13,623 nt of DNA from the NCBI GenBank assembly GCA_034722055.1, contig JAYENL010000149.1:54307-67929 (forward strand). Direction: 5' to 3'. This document shows positions 6,833 to 13,623 of this stretch, piece by piece. Made by a program: the position numbers and the translations under genes. The notes under the pieces were generated by a model that was not told where the DNA came from, ran no database searches, and worked only from the letters and a program-made list of their open reading frames with translations. This stretch comes from Armatimonadota bacterium (GTDB lineage: Bacteria; Armatimonadota; Zipacnadia; Zipacnadales; UBA5352). Each line of letters begins with the position of its first letter. Position 1 is the first letter of the stretch.

Positions 6833-9367
6833 ATGCCTATCATCGGAATCGATCTCGGTACGACGTTCAGCGCCGTGGCGGTGCCCGGCGCCCGGGAGGG
6901 CGAGCGGTTCGAGGTTCACGGCGATGTGTCGGTCATCTGCGACCAACACGGGCGCTACGCGGTGCCCTCGGTGGTGGGCCTGGATCGCAATGGCGAGGTC
7001 ATCGTGGGGCATCGCGCCAAGGCCCAGGCGGGGCTGACGCCGGGGCCGATCATGTTCGTGAAGCGCTACATGGGCGGGGATCGGACCTTCCGCCTCGGCG
7101 ACCGGGAGCTGCAGCCCCAGGAGGTCTCCGCACATGTGCTCCGCCACCTCAAGAGGATGGCCGAGGAGGCTCTGGGCGAGCCCGTGGAGCAGGCGGTGAT
7201 CACGGTCCCGGCCTGGTTCAACCTCTTGGCCAAGGACCGCACCGAGGAGGCCGGAGAGCTGGCCGAGCTTGAGGTGGTGAGGGTCGCCCAGGAGCCGGTG
7301 GCCGCGGCCCTGGCCTACTTCAGGGAGTGGCTGGACGAGGAGAGCGGAGAGGGCCCGGAGACGATCCTCACCTACGACCTGGGCGGGGGGACGTTCGATG
7401 CCGCCGTGGTGAGCCGCGCCACCGGCGTGCCGGAGGTGCTCTCCTCCAGGGGCGATCCCTTCCTGGGCGGGTACAACTTCGACCGCCGGTTGGCGCTGCT
7501 GATAACCGAGCGCCTCTGCGAGCAGGACTACGCTCTTGATCTGGACCCGGACGAGGAGAAAGATGCCCTGGCGTGGGCCAAGCTCTTGGTGCTGGCCGAG
7601 CGGGCCAAGATCGAGCTCTCGCGTGAGGCCGTGCACGTCATGCAGGAGCCCAGCACCGGCATTGTCGATCACGAGGGCGTCCCGGTCACCATCGATCTGG
7701 AGATCCCCCGGTCTCAGTTCACTGAGCGGATCGCTCCGCTGATCGACCGCACGATGCAGCTCTGCCAGGCAGCGCTGACAACCGACGATGGTGAGGAGAT
7801 CCCCCGGGAGAGCATCGACGAGGTCATCATGGTGGGTGGCTCCTCGCGCATCCCCATGGTGTCGGAGCGGATCGAAGAGGAATTCGGCATCGTGCCGGAG
7901 CTGCTGGACCCGGACCTGTGCGTGGCCATCGGCGCAGCGGTGCTGGCGGCCGGCGGGCCGCTCTTCAGTGGACAGGTGCGGCTCGACCGAGCACCGGAGG
8001 AGACCGACCAGCGCTTCATCCAGGTCACGGGGAGTGTGCTCCCGGATGGAGAGGAGACGGACCTGGCCGGCTGGCGCGTGGAGCTTGCTCGGGCCGATGG
8101 CGGGTACAGCGACGAGCAGACCACCGGCGAGGCCGGGGGCTTCGCATTCCTCCAGGCCCCGTTGGCGGAGGGCCGGGACAACGAGTTCCGGCTGCGCGTC
8201 TTCGATCTCGATGGCGAGGAGCACTTCTCCCATCAGTTCACGGTCAAGCAGACCGCCGAGCCCAGGGCCGGCGACGTCATCAGCGTTCCTGACACCAACC
8301 GCCTGGCCAAGCCGATCATCCTCCTCACAGCGGACGGGCGCTACACCGCGGCCAGGGCGGGCACGAATCTGCCCTTCAGTTGCACCATCACCGCCGAGAC
8401 CACGACCACCGGCATTCTGCGCGTGCCGGTCCAGGAGGGGGCGACGAAGCTGGGCGAGTGCGTCGTGGAGAATATCCCCCCGGAGGTCCCCGTGGGCACC
8501 GGCGTCGAGATCCACCTGGAGATCAGTCGCAACTACGAGGCCGTGACACGCGCCTACATCCCGGCCATCGCCATGGAGGACGAGCTGCGCGCTGGCCTGA
8601 CCCCCCCGCCCCGGAAGACCATCGAGGAGCTGCGCAGCGAGTTCGCCGCCCTGGAGGTGCGGGCGGGCGACGCGCTGCGAACGGCCACGCCCGGGGAGCT
8701 GTTCCAGGATGGGCGCGGCGACCAGATTCAGGAGGTCACGGAGCACATCCGGGAGGAGTTCGAGAGCGGCCATCCCGACCCCGACCGCACTCAGGAGCTG
8801 GTGAGCGAGCTGGGCTTTTTGGTTGATGATCTTGCCGCAGTGTGGGAGCCCGACCCCTCCCGCCCGGCGTACGACCGCCTGGTCGCCGAGATCGAGCGGC
8901 TGCTCGAGGAGGCGGAGCAGGCGGACGCAACAGTGCGCGACTACGGCTATCGGGAGCGCTTCGCGGCCCTCTGCGACGCCGCCGAGGAGGCCTTCGCGGA
9001 GAAGAACGACACCGGCTGGCGACGGAGTGTGGAGGACCTCCGGGAGCTCAAGGACCAGCTCCGGGGGATCATAGGCGGCGGTGGCGGTACCGATCAGATG
9101 GAGCCGGGCGCCATGATCCTCGCCCTCGGCCAGCACCTCGAGGGTATGCGCGAGGACGCCCGGAAGCAGGGCCTGGAGGCGGAGCTGGATGAGTGTGTGG
9201 CGAGGCTGCGGGAGATCCGCGCCAGGGATTCGGATGCCATGGCCGATGTCTCGGCCCTCTACGTGGACAGGGTCCAGCCGCTGGAGCAGAAGCTCAAAGG
9301 GCGTGCCCCCACGGGCGAGAAAGGCTGGATACGGATTACCGGGGAAGACCAGCCGAATGGTGGATAG
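6833..9367 (+). CDS. Hsp70-family protein, non-canonical (844 aa); not the housekeeping DnaK
   Basis: Nucleotide-binding domain (NBD) motifs IIGIDLGTTFS, VKRYMG, AVITVPAWFN, QEPVAAALAY, YDLGGGTFD, LGGYNFD, AERAKIELS, MVGGSSRIP and DPDLCVAIGAA. After ~7950 it departs from DnaK: there is no DVLLLD linker, and there is an extra beta-rich segment, a divergent substrate-binding-domain (SBD)-like region and a long helical tail. Confidence 0.95.
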   Translation: MPIIGIDLGTTFSAVAVPGAREGERFEVHGDVSVICDQHGRYAVPSVVGLDRNGEVIVGHRAKAQAGLTPGPIMFVKRYMGGDRTFRLGDRELQPQEVSAHVLRHLKRMAEEALGEPVEQAVITVPAWFNLLAKDRTEEAGELAELEVVRVAQEPVAAALAYFREWLDEESGEGPETILTYDLGGGTFDAAVVSRATGVPEVLSSRGDPFLGGYNFDRRLALLITERLCEQDYALDLDPDEEKDALAWAKLLVLAERAKIELSREAVHVMQEPSTGIVDHEGVPVTIDLEIPRSQFTERIAPLIDRTMQLCQAALTTDDGEEIPRESIDEVIMVGGSSRIPMVSERIEEEFGIVPELLDPDLCVAIGAAVLAAGGPLFSGQVRLDRAPEETDQRFIQVTGSVLPDGEETDLAGWRVELARADGGYSDEQTTGEAGGFAFLQAPLAEGRDNEFRLRVFDLDGEEHFSHQFTVKQTAEPRAGDVISVPDTNRLAKPIILLTADGRYTAARAGTNLPFSCTITAETTTTGILRVPVQEGATKLGECVVENIPPEVPVGTGVEIHLEISRNYEAVTRAYIPAIAMEDELRAGLTPPPRKTIEELRSEFAALEVRAGDALRTATPGELFQDGRGDQIQEVTEHIREEFESGHPDPDRTQELVSELGFLVDDLAAVWEPDPSRPAYDRLVAEIERLLEEAEQADATVRDYGYRERFAALCDAAEEAFAEKNDTGWRRSVEDLRELKDQLRGIIGGGGGTDQMEPGAMILALGQHLEGMREDARKQGLEAELDECVARLREIRARDSDAMADVSALYVDRVQPLEQKLKGRAPTGEKGWIRITGEDQPNGG

Positions 9368-9405
9368 TCGGCACTCGCCGCGTAGCAGCACCAAGGGGTA
9401 TGTGC

Positions 9406-9834
9406 ATGTACTCATGTCCGGCGTGCAAGCGCCACGTCGAACCTGATATGGACCGCTGCACGTGCGGCGCCGATCTGCGCCTGCTGCGCGAGCTCCACGC
9501 ACTTGCAGACGCGTGGTTCAACGAGGCCCTCGCCGCAGCCGAGAGGGGTGATATGGCGGCGGCACTCAGGCTCATTGGCGCTTGCTGCACGGCGCGCCCC
9601 CGGGACGCGCAAGCGCGATACGTGATGGCCCAGCTCTTCGCCCAGCTCGGCTGTCTGGATGAGGCGGAGGCCACGCTGGCACGCTGCCATCAGCTCGACC
9701 CCGGCCATCCTGGCGTGGCGGAGTTGCAGCGCGGCCTGGCCCGAACCCGACAGCGCCAGGCGGGCGTGTGGCGAAGGCCCCACCGTGCGTGGGCCGGGAT
9801 GCGCTACGGGAGGCGAGCCGGGCGACTAACCTGA
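9406..9834 (+). CDS. Small zinc-ribbon plus TPR protein (142 aa) with a basic C-terminal tail
   Basis: The N-terminal Cys cluster CPAC-x10-CTCGADL is followed by TPR helices (WFNEALAAAERGDMAAALRLI, ARYVMAQLFAQLGCLDEAEATLARCHQLDPGHP). AAGGGG at 9393-9398 supports ATG9406; ATG9400 is an alternative start. Confidence 0.8.
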   Translation: MYSCPACKRHVEPDMDRCTCGADLRLLRELHALADAWFNEALAAAERGDMAAALRLIGACCTARPRDAQARYVMAQLFAQLGCLDEAEATLARCHQLDPGHPGVAELQRGLARTRQRQAGVWRRPHRAWAGMRYGRRAGRLT

Positions 9835-10036
9835 CGAGGCTTCTGAAACATCCCCCGGCGATGTGCCGCTGGTGACTGTGCAGGACCTCCCCTCAAGAGC
9901 GGGTCCAGGTGCAGGTGCCAGGATACCTGAGCATCTGGGTCGGTGGAGATTCCCCGCGATCGTGCGGCGTGGCCTCCCGCAGCGCCCTGCCGGGCTACAG
10001 AGCTCGCTGAGATGATCGATGTCGCCGTCGCACCCC

Positions 10037-11101
10037 CTAGACGAAATCCGACTTGAGTCCTTCTGACATTCTTCTGTAGTGGGCGAACGCGCCTTGGTAG
10101 TCGCCTGACAACACCATCTCGACCGCTTCCACTATCTCGCTGTAGATCATCCGCCATACGCGCATTGCTTCGGGGTCCTGGCCGATAGCAGCGACAACCT
10201 CCGGGGCTTCCTCGTAGTACTGCTCAACGGCCATACTGCCTGCCGCTGTCGGCAGCAGTCGCTCGTCCCTGAACCACCGGAGAGCTCGCAGCTCAAAGCA
10301 GCCATCCGGTAGCCCCATTGCATCTGCGCAGGCTGTCGTCAGGTAGCATAGCCCCCGTCTTCTCTCTTCCTCCAGGTCTCGCGCCGCCTTTCTGATGGCC
10401 GGATGATCCAGAATCTGGTCGGGTATCGGGACATCTTCCGGACCATCACCGAAGTCGAGCCTGACCTTCCGCCGACGCTGGTGGCGATATCGCTTGAACG
10501 TCAACGACGTCGAGTCGGCGGACGAGGAGGGCTCGTCGTCCATTATCACCCAACCGTCGGCCCCCGACTCCTCGTCCGCACCTTCCTCTTCGTCCTGCGG
10601 TGTACCGGGGGAGGCGGACGGGGAGAGTTGAGCCAACGCCTCATCAGCCGCGTCTCGGATCCACTCGTACTCTCCGACCCGCGTCTGATGCTCTCGCAAC
10701 TGCCTCAAGACTGATATGGCCTTCCTGCCGCCGATCTCTCCGATCAGGCCGCACAATTCTGCACGCCCGCTGACGTCCTTGTCTACCCCTCGGTAGTCCA
10801 ATATCACCTCTGCAAGGGCCTCAATCGCAGCCTCACCACCAGCCAGCAGCTGCGAGCCTTCCTCTTCCTGAGAAGGCCGCGCTGCAGGCACCCACTCGCG
10901 ATCGAAAACCAGGCTTCTCGCAAGCGCACAGTAGTCAGGCGAATCCTGCACCTGCTTGGGCCCCGCAGCATCGAAGACCGTGTCGATCTGCGCGTCACTC
11001 CAGCCTGCCCCGCGCAGCGTCTTGCGTATCGAGGCGTCACTGTGCCCCTTTGCGCGCATCTTCTCGACGTATGACACGGTTTCATCCATGTGCTCCGTCA
11101 T
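10037..11101 (-). CDS. CFI-box-CTERM domain-containing protein with a central HEAT-like repeat (354 aa)
   Basis: The C-terminus GLCYLTTAC...ELRALRWFRDERLL...GSMAVEQYYEEAPEVVAAI matches the CFIATA...LRxFRD...G...YY...P pattern. A central HEAT-like segment reads AELCGLIGEIGGRKAISVL...IRDAADEALAQL, and there is an acidic linker. AAGGTG on the - strand (11109-11114) is a plausible RBS. Confidence 0.8.
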   Translation of the reverse strand: MTEHMDETVSYVEKMRAKGHSDASIRKTLRGAGWSDAQIDTVFDAAGPKQVQDSPDYCALARSLVFDREWVPAARPSQEEEGSQLLAGGEAAIEALAEVILDYRGVDKDVSGRAELCGLIGEIGGRKAISVLRQLREHQTRVGEYEWIRDAADEALAQLSPSASPGTPQDEEEGADEESGADGWVIMDDEPSSSADSTSLTFKRYRHQRRRKVRLDFGDGPEDVPIPDQILDHPAIRKAARDLEEERRRGLCYLTTACADAMGLPDGCFELRALRWFRDERLLPTAAGSMAVEQYYEEAPEVVAAIGQDPEAMRVWRMIYSEIVEAVEMVLSGDYQGAFAHYRRMSEGLKSDFV

Positions 11102-12056
11102 TCTCTCTCACCTTCCCGGGGCAACTGGTCGGAGGCTATTCTGGGGAGCGAAACGAGCAACGCCGTGCTGGGCAACGCACCGAGGAGCACGTGGCGCCCA
11201 TTCATGATAACCCTCTTCGTCAGGGGATGTCGGGCTGGTTCAGGCTGCTCCGCGCGTCGGCTTGAGGGGGCATGGAAGTGGTGGCGTGCGGCAGTGAAGG
11301 GGCAGAGGGCAGAATCGGTGGGCACGCAGCCGCGATTCCGCGCAACGCGGCCCGGACGCGGCGGTACCCTGGTGCAGGGACGTTGTCCGGGGCCTGGGTG
11401 GGAGGCCCATGGCTGTCTTCCAGAACATAGTTTGAGGACTTGTGTATCAATTCCGCGCTCAGGGATACCGACCTCTGGCTGGTTCCTCACGATTGCCTCA
11501 CACTGGTGAGGTGAGCTTGGACGAGTCGGCAGAGCGAACACGACAAGTCGTCGGGGCGGGTACTCGCGGCACCTCACGCTCGGGACGTAGGCCTCACTTT
11601 GGAACGGTTTGATGGCAGCGCCGTGAAAGACCGTAGCAGACCGCCGATGCTGAGACAGGTCCTCCTGTCGGTGTCACCGCCCATCGGGAACTGGAACAGC
11701 TCACACAAGAATTGCACATACCGACGCGCCAGCAAGACATGAGCCGCGAACCAGGCGATAGGTACGATGGCTGTACTGGTACCGACGAAGTGAACAAGGC
11801 CGAAGCCAGGGCCCACCGGGACCATGGGACCGAGCAGACGCCTCACAGGACGCCACATGGAAAAGAAGCCATTGACGGCATGCATCCGGTCGCGACCACG
11901 ACCTTCCCGACCTGACCATCACTGTCCGCGCGGCCGAGCGGTAACCGATGGAGGCCGAGCGAGCGCTGAGGACGAAGAGGCCCGCGGAGGCCAACACGAG
12001 CACGGCAACGACCGATCCGAGATGGAGGCGTTGAGCCCCAGAACCCTCGCGGCTCT

Positions 12057-12063
12057 GAGGTGA
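12057..12063 (+). promoter_or_regulatory. Shine-Dalgarno site of the last gene
   Basis: GAGGTGA lies 6 nt before GTG12070. Confidence 0.7.
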
Positions 12064-12069
12064 TCTATT

Positions 12070-13623
12070 GTGCGCAGATCAGCATGCCTGGCGGTCCTTG
12101 CGGCGTGCCTGCTCGGCTCAGCGACGGTTACCCTGGAGGGCCGCGTCAAGCTGGAGGACAACCGGCTCTACGTGGACGGGAAGCCGTTCTTCCCCTACGG
12201 CTGCTGGGGCTGTATCGAGTCAGTGGAATCGATGAAACAGCATCACTTCAACTGCGTGTTCAGCGGCATGGACGGGACGGCCGACCTGCTTGAAGAGGCC
12301 GCAGAGGAGGACTTCTTTGTCATCACCTATCCCTATGCGCCGAGGTGGGGCATGCAGCATGAGGAGCACATCCTGGCTGTCCGCGATCACCCCAACCTCC
12401 TGGCCTGGAATATCGGCGACGATCTGAAGGCCACGGATGTCGAGAAGGTCCGCCATGCCTACGAGTACATCCGTCAGCACGATCCGTATCACCGCCCTGT
12501 AATGCTGGACGTTATCCATGGCTGGGAAAAGTACACGTGGTTCGAGCAGATGTTCTGCGCCTACACGTATCCGCTTGTAAAGCGGCCCACGCTGCTGGAG
12601 TACCAGCAGTTCCTGCGTGACCGGCACGCCATCGTGGGAGCCGACAAGTTCCTGTGGACCTGGGCTCAGGCGCATGTGCAGGACTGGTATACGGCCATGT
12701 ATCTGGGCCCGGAGGCCAGCCTGCCCAGGTCGCTGTATCCGGACGGGACGGAGATGCGGCTGGTGGTCTACTCGGCGCTGGCAGCCGGCTGCAGGGGCAT
12801 ACTCTACTTCCCCAGCCCATTTTTCACCGAGGACTTCCACGGTGTGGATCGCTACGCCGAGGCGGCGCTGATCGGCGTGGAGTTGAAGGTCATCGGGCCG
12901 TGGCTGGCCGAGGGTGTGGTGGGCAAGCATCTGTGGACGTCGGAGCCGACGCTGCACGCCTGGCCGGTGGACTTCCCCGGCGGGACACTGGTGCTGCTGA
13001 TGCACATCGATGACGAGACCCAATACCACGTGGGCGCGGCACGCGCGGAGGGCACGGTGATGCTGCCCCGGCGGTCGCGCGCCGGCGAGCATGTGTATGA
13101 ACTCTCGCTGGGTGATGGCGCCCGGGAGATCACGTCCCGCGTTCGGGATGGCAAGTGCGGCGTGAGCTTCCAGATGACGGACCTGCTGCTGATCACCGAT
13201 GACCAGGCGCTTGCACGTGAGGCCGATGCCAAGCTGGGGAGGCTGCTGGCTGATTCGGCCCGGTATGCCGCCCAGGCGGCCGGGGCGAAGCGCCGGAAGG
13301 TGCAGCGGGTGTTGGCGGCGCTGCACAGAACCCGCTACCCGGACGCCGAGGCCCTGAGCGCCTCGGTGCGGTCTGCCGGGGCCCTGATCCACGACGCCAA
13401 TGAGCTTATTGCGCGGGCGGAGTTCGCCGCGGCGTTTCGATCCGCGCGTGGCGCCGATCGGGTGCTGCGCGAGGCGGTTCGCGATCATTGGCGGCGCATG
13501 AACGCGGACCCATTCGTGCGCGAAATGATGGTGCTCCCGAACTTCTACCTGGCGGAGGGCTACTACCCGATGGTGCGGGCAATGACAGAGGCGGAGCCCT
13601 CAGGGAACCTGCTGCCGAACGGA
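12070..13623 (+). CDS. Putative secreted glycoside-hydrolase-like (clan GH-A-type TIM barrel) protein; 3'-partial
   Basis: Translated by hand, because it is absent from the ORF track (no stop in the window). It begins with a signal-peptide-like MRRSACLAVLAACLLGSA, then RLYVDGKPFFPYG, HFNCV, VRDHPNLLAWNIGDD, YEYIRQHDPYHRPV, FLWTWAQAH and EMRLVVYSALAAGCRGILYF. It ends in GNLLPNG at the window edge. Confidence 0.8.
   Translation, partial: MRRSACLAVLAACLLGSATVTLEGRVKLEDNRLYVDGKPFFPYGCWGCIESVESMKQHHFNCVFSGMDGTADLLEEAAEEDFFVITYPYAPRWGMQHEEHILAVRDHPNLLAWNIGDDLKATDVEKVRHAYEYIRQHDPYHRPVMLDVIHGWEKYTWFEQMFCAYTYPLVKRPTLLEYQQFLRDRHAIVGADKFLWTWAQAHVQDWYTAMYLGPEASLPRSLYPDGTEMRLVVYSALAAGCRGILYFPSPFFTEDFHGVDRYAEAALIGVELKVIGPWLAEGVVGKHLWTSEPTLHAWPVDFPGGTLVLLMHIDDETQYHVGAARAEGTVMLPRRSRAGEHVYELSLGDGAREITSRVRDGKCGVSFQMTDLLLITDDQALAREADAKLGRLLADSARYAAQAAGAKRRKVQRVLAALHRTRYPDAEALSASVRSAGALIHDANELIARAEFAAAFRSARGADRVLREAVRDHWRRMNADPFVREMMVLPNFYLAEGYYPMVRAMTEAEPSGNLLPNG

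Noticed and set aside
6833..9367. Calling the Hsp70 dnaK (housekeeping heat-shock operon)
   Set aside because: It lacks the DVLLLD linker and the canonical SBD motifs, is much longer than DnaK, and its partners are degenerate. No hrcA or canonical dnaJ is present in the window.
6815..9502. 895-aa ORF on the - strand
   Set aside because: It is the antisense shadow of the Hsp70 gene. Long antisense ORFs are common opposite GC-rich genes and are well known opposite hsp70. It has no recognisable motifs.
9835..10036. Short inverted repeats between the convergent genes (ACATC/GATGT, GGACC/GGTCC) as a terminator or ncRNA
   Set aside because: The stems are only about 5 bp, there is no U-tract, and such matches are expected by chance at this GC content.
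11424..11450. Sigma70-like promoter on the - strand (TTGATA-15 nt-TATGTT) pointing at the CFI-box gene
   Set aside because: The spacer is only 15 nt and the site is over 300 nt from the start codon. It is plausible but not supportable without transcript data.
11475..11515. CCTCAC repeats and a CCTCAC/GTGAGG inverted repeat as an operator or mobile-element end
   Set aside because: They are too short, no matching partner end was found, and there is no transposase or integrase nearby.
12220..13488. 422-aa ORF on the - strand
   Set aside because: It is the antisense shadow of the + strand gene starting at 12070, which has an RBS, a signal peptide and family motifs.

Overview
GC-rich bacterial DNA with three blocks. 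(1) From <1 to 9834 there is a tightly packed + strand operon of at least eight genes: a 5'-truncated helical/TPR-like protein; an atypical Clp/Hsp100 ATPase (four Clp-N repeats and only the D2 AAA+ module); a Hanks-type Ser/Thr kinase with a TPR-like tail; a second TPR-like protein; a degenerate J-domain-like protein without HPD; a GrpE-like protein; a long non-canonical Hsp70; and a small Zn-ribbon+TPR protein. Together these look like a complete but divergent copy of the DnaK-DnaJ-GrpE-ClpB set joined to a kinase and TPR adaptors. This is the main candidate for a dedicated, poorly described system, and its function cannot be read from the sequence. (2) From 10037 to 11101 there is a convergent, lower-GC - strand gene for a CFI-box-CTERM domain protein, followed by about 970 bp with no confident gene. 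(3) From 12070 to >13623 there is a + strand gene missing from the ORF track, encoding a probably secreted glycoside-hydrolase-like TIM-barrel protein that runs off the window. I saw no rRNA, tRNA, CRISPR array or transposase. All family calls come from recognising motifs by eye, not from database searches.
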